DNA of 64,000 bases from sequence record MN871453.1. One strand, 5' to 3'. The notes beneath the pieces were generated by a model. It was not told the DNA's origin and ran no database searches. It saw only the letters and a list, made by a program, of their open reading frames with translations. Positions 1-9,540 of this stretch are shown in pieces (position 1 is the first letter of the stretch; each line of letters opens with the position of its first letter). Made by a program: the position numbers and the translations under genes.

Positions 1-5
1 AAAAA

Positions 6-35
6 AAAGAAAGAGGGAATGACCCCTCTTTCTTT
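6..35 (-). terminator. intrinsic terminator
   Basis: GA-rich hairpin + U tract after 44-1360. Confidence 0.7.
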
Positions 36-43
36 TATTAGCC

Positions 44-1360
44 TTAGTTCAGAGAACGCCCTGTCTGAACGACGACTTCGCCTTCTTTCAAGTAGATTTT
101 CTTGCGCGGTTTACGCAGCGCCGTTGCCAGCGGGATATCGCTTTTAGGAACGACATCAAACTTCGGTAAACCCGCAGCAGCGCGGGCTTCAACAGCCTCC
201 ATCGGAGTCAGCATACGGAAGTGTAACGGCTCGCCAAGATAGTGACGGCCATCGCGCATCAGTGCTGGTTCGATTTTTGATTTGTCGGTCAGGTTAGTGG
301 TAATAATGATTTTACGCGTGGTGGCGCTCCCTACACCATCAGTTTCGTTCAGCAGTTCTGACATCATCGTGTTACCGTCAGCACGTGGACGTAAGAGGAT
401 ATCCCCATCTTCCACAATCACGATTGGGAAGGTAGGCTCTTTACGGGTTTTCGCATCGTGGCTGTTTGGCAGCGTCAGCATATTACGGGTATTTTCAAAA
501 TGCGAACGGTCTTTGAAAAGTTCATAACGCGCATTTTCACCACTGGAGATTTCAACCCTTTCCATTTTGTCGTCGCTGAACGCGAAGATCTTAGAGATGA
601 ATTCTGGGTTTTCGAGGACCTCAGTTTTCTTCGCGTAGATCGGGAAGAGGTTCAGCGCCACGCAAGCAGCGGAAATGGCGGTCGATTTCCCGGTGCCCGG
701 TTCGCCCATGAGAATCAGAACCGATTCATCAGACTGAATAAAGTCTTCGATGAGCGCTTCCACACCGCCGTTCAGGAACGGATAGAATTCCTTCTTCGTT
801 TCGCCGCTATGACGCATGACTCTGGGTTCAAGGTGAGTCATTTCACCCATTGGCGTTTTCCGAATAACGACTTCAGAATAATAAAATTCCTCTTTCGTTT
901 CGTCAGTACGGTGATCGATTTTGATATTTTCTTGGATCTGAATCAACAGATCGTCGTAGATATCTTTCGCCATCATACCTTCGATAGAGAGGTTAGACCT
1001 AATGTCGCTTTGAACGCGGATACAGGCGATCGGACGATTGTATTTATCCAGCCCAATGAACTGGTCGTCGTCGTGTTGGAAGAAGCGATGCTTTTCCAGG
1101 AACGCAGTTAACCACTGCGTGGATTCGAAATAGTATTTATTCTGATCGAACATTCGATCAGTATCGATGTTGAAGATCGGGAGTCGATTTGCAGTCAGGA
1201 AATGACGTACCATTTTATTGACACGAATTTCTTCCTCGTTATTACCTACGAAACGTGCGTAGCTCTCGTAAGCTTCGCCGAACGATTCGAAGATATCATT
1301 CAGTGCTTTAGTAGACGCGTTATCAGAGAGAGATCCAGAGAAAAAAGCGTGCTTGTCCAT
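44..1360 (-). CDS. AAA+ ATPase
   Basis: Walker A GEPGTGKST, Walker B VIVEDGD, sensor TTN, ALMRDGR arginine-finger region; own early promoter and terminator. Confidence 0.85.
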   Translation of the reverse strand: MDKHAFFSGSLSDNASTKALNDIFESFGEAYESYARFVGNNEEEIRVNKMVRHFLTANRLPIFNIDTDRMFDQNKYYFESTQWLTAFLEKHRFFQHDDDQFIGLDKYNRPIACIRVQSDIRSNLSIEGMMAKDIYDDLLIQIQENIKIDHRTDETKEEFYYSEVVIRKTPMGEMTHLEPRVMRHSGETKKEFYPFLNGGVEALIEDFIQSDESVLILMGEPGTGKSTAISAACVALNLFPIYAKKTEVLENPEFISKIFAFSDDKMERVEISSGENARYELFKDRSHFENTRNMLTLPNSHDAKTRKEPTFPIVIVEDGDILLRPRADGNTMMSELLNETDGVGSATTRKIIITTNLTDKSKIEPALMRDGRHYLGEPLHFRMLTPMEAVEARAAAGLPKFDVVPKSDIPLATALRKPRKKIYLKEGEVVVQTGRSLN

Positions 1361-1409
1361 TTAAAGTTCCTTAACGTTGTTTGTATCAGGGTGGGTTTAT
1401 TTCAATAAC

Positions 1410-1418
1410 GTGATATAG
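1410..1418 (-). promoter_or_regulatory. early promoter CTATATCAC-N5-TG
   Basis: phiKZ TATATTAC-like; intergenic, 50 nt before ATG. Confidence 0.8.
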
Positions 1419-1443
1419 ATCTTAAAACTTTTAGAAAACAGGA

Positions 1444-1467
1444 GAGAGGAGGCGTTTGCCTCCTCTC
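1444..1467 (-). terminator. hairpin terminator
   Basis: gagaggaggc/gcctcctctc. Confidence 0.65.
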
Positions 1468-1469
1468 GA

Positions 1470-1823
1470 TTAGTGAAACCAGTCGTAGCTGATCAGTCCG
1501 AGATGAACAGAGCAACCCACGATAAAATAAAAGGTCAATAACACCGCCGCTACCAATACTACCGGTTCTTTCGTAAACTGGTAACGTTTAAAAAGATAAC
1601 CCGGATAGAATATTATCCACCAGTAACTGGGTGATTGATCGTTTTTCCCGGTACCTAATTGAAATTTATCCAGGAACATCGAGAAGAACAACCAGACGAT
1701 ATAAAGGAAACTGATTGCCCAAAGGTTATCAAACGGGAACGAATGATTTTCTGACTGGGAAAAGCAAATCGAGTAATAGCCGAAGGTAAGTAGATAACCG
1801 ATTAACCACCACGCTATTTTCAT
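1470..1823 (-). CDS. small inner-membrane protein (paralog of 19697-20101)
   Basis: Several hydrophobic segments; PSYWWIIFYPGYLFKR motif. Confidence 0.6.
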   Translation of the reverse strand: MKIAWWLIGYLLTFGYYSICFSQSENHSFPFDNLWAISFLYIVWLFFSMFLDKFQLGTGKNDQSPSYWWIIFYPGYLFKRYQFTKEPVVLVAAVLLTFYFIVGCSVHLGLISYDWFH

Positions 1824-2287
1824 TGTAGCATATCCGTACTGTAGGTTGAGATTAGAGCCTTGAGCTGTTTAAGGTTATATTTTCCTTTTAATTCCTCCCA
1901 TGGGCCGTCTTTAAAAAACTGCATTTCAATGCTACGACAGTCAACATAACTAGAATAACCTTCTACTTTAATAACTAGTCGTAAACCGACCAACCGGCTA
2001 GGGGGTACTTTGGGTAACTTCAGCGGGATATGAATACTGAAATTATTCTTTCGCATAATCCCTTGGTTATTGGAATCGGGAATACGGTAGACTTTAGCCG
2101 AACTCCACGGATCGACGTAATTGGCTTTGGTAATATCGTTAACGTCGAAAAGAGAATACGCGGTGCGCTCTAGCGCCTGCAAGTAAAGATCAGTCCTTAG
2201 CCAAGGAAGATCTAAATCGTAGATGTCTTTTAAAGACCGACTAAGCGGAGTGTTGAGTTTAAATTCCATTGCGTTTTCTTTTACCAT
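1820..2287 (-). CDS. hypothetical protein
   Basis: ORF in packed minus-strand operon. Confidence 0.65.
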   Translation of the reverse strand: MVKENAMEFKLNTPLSRSLKDIYDLDLPWLRTDLYLQALERTAYSLFDVNDITKANYVDPWSSAKVYRIPDSNNQGIMRKNNFSIHIPLKLPKVPPSRLVGLRLVIKVEGYSSYVDCRSIEMQFFKDGPWEELKGKYNLKQLKALISTYSTDMLQ

Positions 2288-2592
2288 TAAAAGATGAGTC
2301 TGATTTCAAAACGCACAGATATTTTCAAGTGCTTCAATTTTGCTCTTGCTTTTCCTGAACAGGCGACTTCAAGCACCAGTTTCTCTGGTAAGTGGTAATC
2401 GAACTTGTTCAGATACTCGATACGTTTCTTGATAGACTCGATTGCAGTATTAATCAAGAACGGCGACCCTGTCGGTTTCCCGTCTAACGTGAAATAACCT
2501 TTAAGCGGGAGAATACCGAACAAGGAATTAATAGAGGCTGCCCATTCGGGCAGCCCTTCTATCGCGCGATAATACGGAAGTTGTTTCATCAC
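2287..2592 (-). CDS. hypothetical protein
   Basis: Start/stop overlaps with both neighbours. Confidence 0.65.
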   Translation of the reverse strand: MMKQLPYYRAIEGLPEWAASINSLFGILPLKGYFTLDGKPTGSPFLINTAIESIKKRIEYLNKFDYHLPEKLVLEVACSGKARAKLKHLKISVRFEIRLIF

Positions 2593-3917
2593 TTACCTTT
2601 CATCACCAATGTGCACGATTGCCAGATACCGCGTTCCCAAGCCGCAATCTGGGCGTTCTGTAAAAGTACGACCTGATCAGAAAGGTCGCCGTTTTTAGGA
2701 ACGACCTCATTAGCAGGAATAGTCATACGCAGCTCTTCCCCTTCGAAGTAGACCTCTGTAATAGCATCCGCACTGAGATTCTCTTCGATGTTGAGCATAA
2801 TCCATTGATCGGCTCTGCGTGCTTCATTCTCCGCCATGATATCCGCGTATTGAGTAATCAGTTTACGATTACGCACTGTCTCCTCAGAACTCGATACACG
2901 CCCGCTGTGAATGGTCCAGAATTCCCCGCCAAAATGCGCATAGCCGCTCTTCTTAACGTCCCCGTCTTTAAGCCCAGCAGAGCCAAATAAACGGATAGCC
3001 GGAGAGGCCATCAGGCCACGCCAACGTAACGCGTCGCGTACTAGCTCGTTGTGCTCATCGATGGTGTTAGCGCCATTAGTGAAAGTCTCTTTAAAACCGA
3101 GGTTTTTAATTTCATCGGTGCTCGGGGTTTTTAGTGTAACTGATGCCCCGGATGCGGGTAACTCAATATTTACTTTTTTCGCTAATTCACCGCGGATAAA
3201 AGCCTGAAGTTCATCAGACGTTTCAGTGACGGGGATAGCGAAACGATCGTTGACGTCAGGGACTGGTTTCAGGTTAAAACCGAGCAGGTTGTTCCGGCCA
3301 TTACGGAAGGTGATCAACACGGTATTGTTGTCGTTCTGGATGCGGACGTCATTGATAGGGCCGTTATAATCGGAACCGCTTAGAGTTTCATACAGCGCCC
3401 GGATTTCCGTTTCAACATCTTCGCTAAACTGCGCTTTCGGGTAAGGTTTAGTCATCCCCGGTTCCTGAAGTCCAAAATCCCATTCGATTATCTCGTGAAT
3501 CTCCCGCCCGGGTTTATTGGGTTCAATAACCGATTGACGACGAAGCTCAGCCAGCTCTTGCGCCATACGCCGGACTTCGTACATGAATACCGTACAGCCG
3601 TCAGGTTGAGTAGGAAGCGTTTGATAATATTCGATACGGCTCAGGGGGAGTTGATCTTGCTTGTCCATTTCAACCTCGGTCAGTTTGTCTAATAAAGCGA
3701 TTTCGTTGTAAGCGCCAAATACGGTATCTATTCCGTATTTGTACTCATGAATTTGTTCGATGGGTAATTTACCGTAAAAGATATAATCGATATCTTTTTT
3801 AGGTTCGCAAATAACCCCGCCGAGTGCTTCAATACGCTTAGTATACTGTTCACGGCTGAACTGACTAAACTCACCCACTAATGCAATGTGCATTTTATCC
3901 ATGGTATCACCTGACAT
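2589..3917 (-). CDS. BRCT-domain protein with unknown C-terminal region
   Basis: N-terminus IALVGEFSQFSREQYTKRIEALGG...DIDYIFYG follows the BRCT pattern. Confidence 0.6.
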   Translation of the reverse strand: MSGDTMDKMHIALVGEFSQFSREQYTKRIEALGGVICEPKKDIDYIFYGKLPIEQIHEYKYGIDTVFGAYNEIALLDKLTEVEMDKQDQLPLSRIEYYQTLPTQPDGCTVFMYEVRRMAQELAELRRQSVIEPNKPGREIHEIIEWDFGLQEPGMTKPYPKAQFSEDVETEIRALYETLSGSDYNGPINDVRIQNDNNTVLITFRNGRNNLLGFNLKPVPDVNDRFAIPVTETSDELQAFIRGELAKKVNIELPASGASVTLKTPSTDEIKNLGFKETFTNGANTIDEHNELVRDALRWRGLMASPAIRLFGSAGLKDGDVKKSGYAHFGGEFWTIHSGRVSSSEETVRNRKLITQYADIMAENEARRADQWIMLNIEENLSADAITEVYFEGEELRMTIPANEVVPKNGDLSDQVVLLQNAQIAAWERGIWQSCTLVMKGK

Positions 3918-3920
3918 TTA

Positions 3921-5165
3921 CTACCCCTTAACGCAGACAATTTGTTTTAAGGTAAACAGGACTTCGACAAGATCATCCTGAGAACGCATGACATCCTCGA
4001 TGTTCTTGTACGCCTTTGGTGTTTCATCGATGACATCTTTATCTTTACGACATTCAACACCCTCTGTATCACGGATCTGGTCCTCTATCGTGAATAGACG
4101 TTTAGCCTCACCACGCGACATAACGCGGCCTGCGCCATGAGAACAGGAACAGAAAGATTCTTGGTTACCTTTCCCACGCACAACAAAAGTTTTAGCGCCC
4201 ATGGAACCGGGTATAATAGCCAGATCGGATGTCCGAGCCCTTACCGCACCTTTACGAGTCACTAGTACGTTTTCATCGAAGTGGTTTTCTAAAGCAACGT
4301 AATTGTGATGACAATTAATTGCTGTCAGTCGATGGGTAAAGGGCTTTTGTAACGTCTTATGAAGAGCCAGTAAAGTTGCGTTCAACATTATCGCGCGATT
4401 TACCGCAGCAAAGTCTTGCGCCCACTGAACAGCCTCTAAATAGTCTTTATAGTAGACGGAACCTTCTGGCAAATAAGCCAGGTCATCATCGACTAAATGA
4501 ATAAAGAAACGTGCCATCTCTTCTTTCGCTTTCTCAATAAAGAAACGCCCGATAGCATTGCCCATACCGCGAGAACCGGAGTGAATAACAATCCAGACGG
4601 AGTCATTCTGATCGAGAGAGAGTTCAACAAAGTGATTACCGGTACCCAACGTTCCTGCGTGAGAAGCGAAACGATTGGCGTTGCGTAAAAGCGTCGGGTA
4701 TTTATCCGTGATCACCTTCAGTCTCTTCTCTAAAGAAATTAATTCTTCTTTCAACTCAGGAGTGAGGTTTTTAGGATCGTTATTACCCCAAGCGCCTCTA
4801 TCATTGGCACCACCGTTATCGGTTCTTCCGTGCGGAATTAACTGTTCGATAGCGTTCCGTAGCCCGGAGAGGTCAGCAGGGAAGTCCTCGCGTTTTAATG
4901 AGGTCTGTTGACCAATTATGCCACAACCAATATCGACACCCAAAGCCGCAGGGATGATTGCCCCTTTGGTGGCAATGACAGAACCGATAGTGGCACCCAT
5001 TCCGTAATGTACGTCAGGCATTACGGCAAGATGTTTAAAGATAAAAGGTAACGTAGTAATATTCCGGAGTTGTTTAGCCGCCTGCTCTTCTACAGGGACA
5101 AATTTCGTCCAGGATTTAATGTTAACGTTTACACCTTCAGTGATAACAATGTTTGACTCTTTCAT
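3921..5165 (-). CDS. rtcB: RtcB RNA ligase (3'-P/2',3'-cP to 5'-OH)
   Basis: MPDVHYG, GVDIGCG, GTLGTGNHF, HSGSRG, CHHNY, HGAGR, DETPKAYK motifs. Confidence 0.95.
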   Translation of the reverse strand: MKESNIVITEGVNVNIKSWTKFVPVEEQAAKQLRNITTLPFIFKHLAVMPDVHYGMGATIGSVIATKGAIIPAALGVDIGCGIIGQQTSLKREDFPADLSGLRNAIEQLIPHGRTDNGGANDRGAWGNNDPKNLTPELKEELISLEKRLKVITDKYPTLLRNANRFASHAGTLGTGNHFVELSLDQNDSVWIVIHSGSRGMGNAIGRFFIEKAKEEMARFFIHLVDDDLAYLPEGSVYYKDYLEAVQWAQDFAAVNRAIMLNATLLALHKTLQKPFTHRLTAINCHHNYVALENHFDENVLVTRKGAVRARTSDLAIIPGSMGAKTFVVRGKGNQESFCSCSHGAGRVMSRGEAKRLFTIEDQIRDTEGVECRKDKDVIDETPKAYKNIEDVMRSQDDLVEVLFTLKQIVCVKG

Positions 5166-5190
5166 TTTCTTTCCTCTTAACAGTTAGTAA

Positions 5191-5754
5191 TTAAAACCAA
5201 TCTTCAATAGCGCGTTCTAAGTCGTTTACGCTACTGCTCAACCACTGACTCTCGTCTGTCCACTCTACCCAAGGGTGAACGACGTCAAGTAGACTACAGT
5301 CTTTCCTGACTTTGATAACACTGAGATCGTGGTTGGTGACGATTTCGTGTTGGGGTAGGGAGAAATAGATCAGTCCGGTTTGTGACGACTCGTCCCAATA
5401 TGTCCCTGTACTACACGGAAGTTTACAACCTTCCTCATTCAGTCCAGAAATCCCATTCTCCCAGAAGGTTTTCACCCAAGGACCGCTTTCATCTAAGTCC
5501 CGCATTGCCCTATCGGCAAAATCATCAAAAGAAAATTGCCAGCGGTCTAAGCAACGTCCTACTTTCTCGAGAAATACTTTACGGATAAGGGGTTCTTCGG
5601 CAAATGTAGGGCTATTGAAAAGCGGTTCATCTTTCCGATTCATCTGTTCACGGATCGTCCCGGTGAGATCCCAACGTTCTGTGCTGTCAGACAACACGGT
5701 CAAGATCTCGTCTACGAGTTCACGGGTCAATACAACAACTTTATCATTCGGCAT
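5191..5754 (-). CDS. hypothetical protein
   Basis: ORF in operon. Confidence 0.65.
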   Translation of the reverse strand: MPNDKVVVLTRELVDEILTVLSDSTERWDLTGTIREQMNRKDEPLFNSPTFAEEPLIRKVFLEKVGRCLDRWQFSFDDFADRAMRDLDESGPWVKTFWENGISGLNEEGCKLPCSTGTYWDESSQTGLIYFSLPQHEIVTNHDLSVIKVRKDCSLLDVVHPWVEWTDESQWLSSSVNDLERAIEDWF

Positions 5755-6280
5755 TTCGCAATTTCCTTCCTATCGATTCTATTTCATCCAACAAGGGTTT
5801 CAACGTATAAAGACCCTCGATCGCTTCTAGCGGGTTATCCGCCCGTAATCGAGACACGGTTTCGCGGTGACGGTCAAACCACTCAGTGTCGGTCTCAGGA
5901 ACTTCTAGTATCTCCCACCACCTCGCTTCCGATTTCTTTTTCTTCCCGAAACGTTTTCCTTCGTGAAGTTGAACCTCTTGAACAACGAATCGGCCTCTTC
6001 CGGTGGTGATCTCTTCAGGTTCCCCAATAGGGGAATACTCTTCAGTAATACTCCCTACCCATTTCTCTTTGAAGTTTATTTCCCAACGGCATTTACTCCC
6101 CCAGGCAAAATAAATCCCTGTGGTTTCGATCAGTAAGACTTTACCGTTTTCAGAAGCGAACGAGGCCGCTGGGGAGATTCCACGACGGTAAAACGTTCGA
6201 TTACCAACGATTAACATTTTACCGTGTTCACTAGAGACGAAAGAGGCCAGAATCATTATTTCATTTTCCTCAGGTTCCAT
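5744..6280 (-). CDS. hypothetical protein
   Basis: ORF in operon. Confidence 0.65.
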   Translation of the reverse strand: MEPEENEIMILASFVSSEHGKMLIVGNRTFYRRGISPAASFASENGKVLLIETTGIYFAWGSKCRWEINFKEKWVGSITEEYSPIGEPEEITTGRGRFVVQEVQLHEGKRFGKKKKSEARWWEILEVPETDTEWFDRHRETVSRLRADNPLEAIEGLYTLKPLLDEIESIGRKLRNAE

Positions 6281-6501
6281 TGCACGATAATTTCTTCGTA
6301 TTTCTCAATGGCCGTTTCTTGGTCATGAAATACCAACCAACCCATTTTACCCGGGTTAGACGTGTAGAGCAGCCCAATCGAAGGTTTAGCGCCTCCCCAG
6401 TTCGTAATGAGTTTTGAGATAGGTGGAGTAACATGTACCAATTCGTCAAAGTCAATGACGTGGTCGTTGATAATAACACTTTTAATTTCTGCGTCAGTCA
6501 T
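6256..6501 (-). CDS. hypothetical protein
   Basis: First gene after early promoter 6548-6556; AAGGAG RBS. Confidence 0.7.
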   Translation of the reverse strand: MTDAEIKSVIINDHVIDFDELVHVTPPISKLITNWGGAKPSIGLLYTSNPGKMGWLVFHDQETAIEKYEEIIVQWNLRKMK

Positions 6502-6547
6502 GGTAGGAACTCCTTATAAACGATTTTGTTTACGTTCTTTCACTAGG

Positions 6548-6556
6548 GTGATATAG
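6548..6556 (-). promoter_or_regulatory. early promoter CTATATCAC-N5-TG
   Basis: Same motif, heads the operon containing rtcB. Confidence 0.8.
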
Positions 6557-6562
6557 GTGTGA

Positions 6563-6585
6563 AACAGGGTCGAGTTGACCCTGTT
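6563..6585 (-). terminator. hairpin terminator
   Basis: aacagggtc/gaccctgtt. Confidence 0.65.
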
Positions 6586-6597
6586 CCCATAGTACGT

Positions 6598-7977
6598 TTA
6601 ACTTACAGCTTTTAATACGTTATAACTTACTGCCTCGACCGGTTTAGTGACGTCGTACGTCCGTAGCGCATTTTCATAGGCTACTGGGTCATGTTTGTTC
6701 AGCATGAAAAGCGCTTGAACAGATGCACCGGGTAAAGGAGAGAAAGGAAGATTACTGGTAGGTTCCGTATCAGGAAACGCCATACTGAAGAACTGTCGAA
6801 TTTCTTTATCGCCTAGTACCTCTACTTCAGCCCTGACATCTATTCTTCCGTCCCGCAGCAGCGCATCGTCAAGTTTCTCAGGATGATTAGTCGTCAGGAA
6901 AACGATAACATCATTCAACCGCAAGACGCCGTCTAACGCGTTGAGGAAATCTGACAAGCTACCGTTTAGGTACTCGTCCATTGCTTTATCATCAGAACTT
7001 TGTTCTTCAACGACGAAAGGGGTATTTTTGAGTTCTTCTGGGTTTTCCGGTTTGTTTCCCTCTTTTAAGTCAATGATAACCTTTTCTTTACTCCGCGCTT
7101 TCGTGAATGAATACGTGTCAATATCCTCGATAATCACAACCCCGCCCGCTGCCCGTTGGAAAAGCGCCTGGTACTGTAATCCACCGGCGGGTTTGAGGAT
7201 ATGAATATCGCGCCCTAACGCCGCCGCTAATGCCGAAATCAAACTGCTTTTTCCGGTGCCCGGTAAACCGTATAACAACACCGTGAACTTATAAGCCAGT
7301 CCTCGTGATTCGTACCAGTCTTTACTCTTATTAAAATCAAAGATAGGGTCGATTAACTCGCGCTGGACTTTATCCGTAACGACTATGGTTTTAAGGTCTC
7401 TTTTCTTCAGTCGGCACAAATAATTCCAACCGTCGGTGGTATTGACAAATGTCCGTATGTTGTCTTTACCCGTATCTTTCAGCATAAACTCATCCATCAG
7501 GTTTAAGATAGGTTTATGACTGCGACCGAATTTACTGATACTAAGACGGTATTTCGAATTACTCGCAGCGTTAGCGTCGATTTCCGTGATAGAGAAAACA
7601 AACACAGTGCCCTTATGGAGAAAGAAATGTGAGCCTACACCAGGGCCGACGGCAGCGGACTCTCCGTTCACATCGCCATCAATAGTTATCGTCCTACTCC
7701 AATGGAACCAGCTATTCTTAGCAAACCATTTCAGAAATGCCCCGTATTGTTCGGAGTTATAATTACTCCAGTTGGTTCCTGAGGTGTTAAAGACCAAACT
7801 GGTAACAAATTGACGTTTGACCCATTGTACTACCGCCTTGGGCGTTTTGATTAACCCCCAACCAATCGCCCCTGATACCGCGATAGAACTCGCGGCGACA
7901 ATCGCATTCTGTGCCATGGGGTAGTCTTTAAAGTTAGAAAGAATATGGTCGTAAAATGACATTAGTTGTTCGAGCAT
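6598..7977 (-). CDS. BCS1-like membrane-anchored AAA ATPase
   Basis: N-terminal TM, GPGVGSHFF segment, YGLPGTGKSS, IIEDID, FLNALDG, TTNHPEKLDDALLRDGRID. Confidence 0.85.
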   Translation of the reverse strand: MLEQLMSFYDHILSNFKDYPMAQNAIVAASSIAVSGAIGWGLIKTPKAVVQWVKRQFVTSLVFNTSGTNWSNYNSEQYGAFLKWFAKNSWFHWSRTITIDGDVNGESAAVGPGVGSHFFLHKGTVFVFSITEIDANAASNSKYRLSISKFGRSHKPILNLMDEFMLKDTGKDNIRTFVNTTDGWNYLCRLKKRDLKTIVVTDKVQRELIDPIFDFNKSKDWYESRGLAYKFTVLLYGLPGTGKSSLISALAAALGRDIHILKPAGGLQYQALFQRAAGGVVIIEDIDTYSFTKARSKEKVIIDLKEGNKPENPEELKNTPFVVEEQSSDDKAMDEYLNGSLSDFLNALDGVLRLNDVIVFLTTNHPEKLDDALLRDGRIDVRAEVEVLGDKEIRQFFSMAFPDTEPTSNLPFSPLPGASVQALFMLNKHDPVAYENALRTYDVTKPVEAVSYNVLKAVS

Positions 7978-8041
7978 TATTATTCCCCGTTACGGTGATT
8001 ATAGTCGTACCATATTCTTACTCTCTGCCGTAAAAAGAAAA

Positions 8042-8069
8042 AAAAGAGGAGGGATTTCCCTCCTCTTTT
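8042..8069 (-). terminator. intrinsic terminator
   Basis: aaaagaggaggg/ccctcctctttt + long U tract. Confidence 0.75.
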
Positions 8070-8072
8070 AGC

Positions 8073-8237
8073 TTAGTCTAAATCTTTGAGTTCCTGACGT
8101 ACGATCTTTTTACTGATACGACGTTCAGCACGGTGAGTCAAGAGTTTAGAGTATGGACCAGGGATTGTTGGGTTACCTGGCCGGGCGCTCCAGAATTCTT
8201 GACTTTGAGCCTTAGAACCGCGTTTGGTTCTTGCCAT
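8073..8237 (-). CDS. small basic hypothetical protein (MARTKRGSK..., 54 aa)
   Basis: Start reassigned to ATG 8237 with GAGGA RBS; the longer track ORF overlaps the upstream gene. Confidence 0.7.
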   Translation of the reverse strand: MARTKRGSKAQSQEFWSARPGNPTIPGPYSKLLTHRAERRISKKIVRQELKDLD

Positions 8238-8295
8238 GATTTGAGTCCTCGAGTTAAAGTAGGTAATCGAGGACGAACTTGAAAATAATGCATTT

Positions 8296-8679
8296 TTATC
8301 CCGCAGTAAAAATAAACCAGTCTTTATCAAAATCAAATGATTTATTTTTAAGAATTAAAAAGAGTTTTAATCCCTCATAATCGTTCCATCGATCGTCGTT
8401 TTGCTCGTTATTACGCGCAGTAATCTCAGAGATGATTAATGGGATATCATCCTTAGTAATAACCCACGGCCCCAAGTCATCGTTAGAGCAGAGGTTCGCA
8501 GCAGCCATAATTTCGGCTAATGTATGCTGATTCTTCCAGGATGCTATTCTCTTTGGTGAGACAGCATCATTATTAAAGATTTCATCGTATTCAAAGGTTT
8601 TCCCTATACCGCCTTCGCCTGTAACCGGTTCTAATACCGTGTCTTTATCGACCGAATAAAACGTGAGAAAAAATCCCAT
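8296..8679 (-). CDS. hypothetical protein
   Basis: ORF in operon. Confidence 0.65.
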   Translation of the reverse strand: MGFFLTFYSVDKDTVLEPVTGEGGIGKTFEYDEIFNNDAVSPKRIASWKNQHTLAEIMAAANLCSNDDLGPWVITKDDIPLIISEITARNNEQNDDRWNDYEGLKLFLILKNKSFDFDKDWFIFTAG

Positions 8680-9045
8680 CTATTCCCCTCCCCAATAATA
8701 AGTTAAGATTGAATCGAAGTCAGCGATGCACCAGAAGGTATCTAACTCAATCCAAGAATCAATAATGTCGGAAGAACCCTCTACTATCCAAGTATCCAAC
8801 AGTTCCCTGATCTCATCACCCGTTAAAACAAAATGAATTCCGGGTCGAGGGAAATTATACTTGGCCTGTACCAGTTTATGGAAAGACTCCGCGCTTTTTC
8901 CGCTGATTCCACGTACCGCTAACGTCGGACCAAGGTTATGTCCGTAGGTTAAGTATTGTCGTGTTTTCCCTGCTTCTGTTTCGTAGTTGTCTATCTTTTC
9001 GGGTATCACACAGTCACGCTGAAATTCCCTCAGTTCAACAAACAT
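8680..9045 (-). CDS. hypothetical protein
   Basis: ORF in operon. Confidence 0.65.
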   Translation of the reverse strand: MFVELREFQRDCVIPEKIDNYETEAGKTRQYLTYGHNLGPTLAVRGISGKSAESFHKLVQAKYNFPRPGIHFVLTGDEIRELLDTWIVEGSSDIIDSWIELDTFWCIADFDSILTYYWGGE

Positions 9046-9048
9046 AGT

Positions 9049-9522
9049 TTAACCCTCGAACCGATAAACAATGATTTCAAGATTGGTATCCTTAAAAGCC
9101 CGCTCAATATTTTGGCGGACCATTTCCCAATCACCACCGGCCAGCCCGCATCCGATTAAAGGAAAACCCACCTTTAACGGTTTCTCTTCCTTTTTGAGAA
9201 TCGAGGCCATTATTTTCATCGCCAGATACTGTGCGCTATAATGCGTTTTATATCCTGGATCTGAATGGTCGTGGTGAAATTGGCCACAAAGATTGAAACC
9301 CCACTGCCCATCCTTTTTGGCGGCGGTTAATTTCCCCAATCTGTTTTTGACAGGGCGTTTGTCGGCAAAGTAAGGCTCGGCTATCCAGGGAAAGACTTCG
9401 AAGATCTTAACGGCGATACCGCTCTTTGCAATCCCAAAACAGTTTACTTGGTGGGCAATGACGTCGACTTCCTTATTAAAGAAAGCTTCAATCAAATCCC
9501 CTTTAATTTCGGTATAGGTCAT
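9049..9522 (-). CDS. macrodomain protein (T4 Tk.4/Poa1p-like ADP-ribose processing)
   Basis: KGDL, HQVNC.G...GIA, FPLIGCGLAGGDW. Confidence 0.88.
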   Translation of the reverse strand: MTYTEIKGDLIEAFFNKEVDVIAHQVNCFGIAKSGIAVKIFEVFPWIAEPYFADKRPVKNRLGKLTAAKKDGQWGFNLCGQFHHDHSDPGYKTHYSAQYLAMKIMASILKKEEKPLKVGFPLIGCGLAGGDWEMVRQNIERAFKDTNLEIIVYRFEG

Positions 9523-9540
9523 TACCCAAACTCTCCGTAT

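Noticed and set aside
7994-8003. CTATAATCAC upstream of the BCS1-like gene
   Set aside because: One-base insertion in the core and no N5-TG; at best a weak variant
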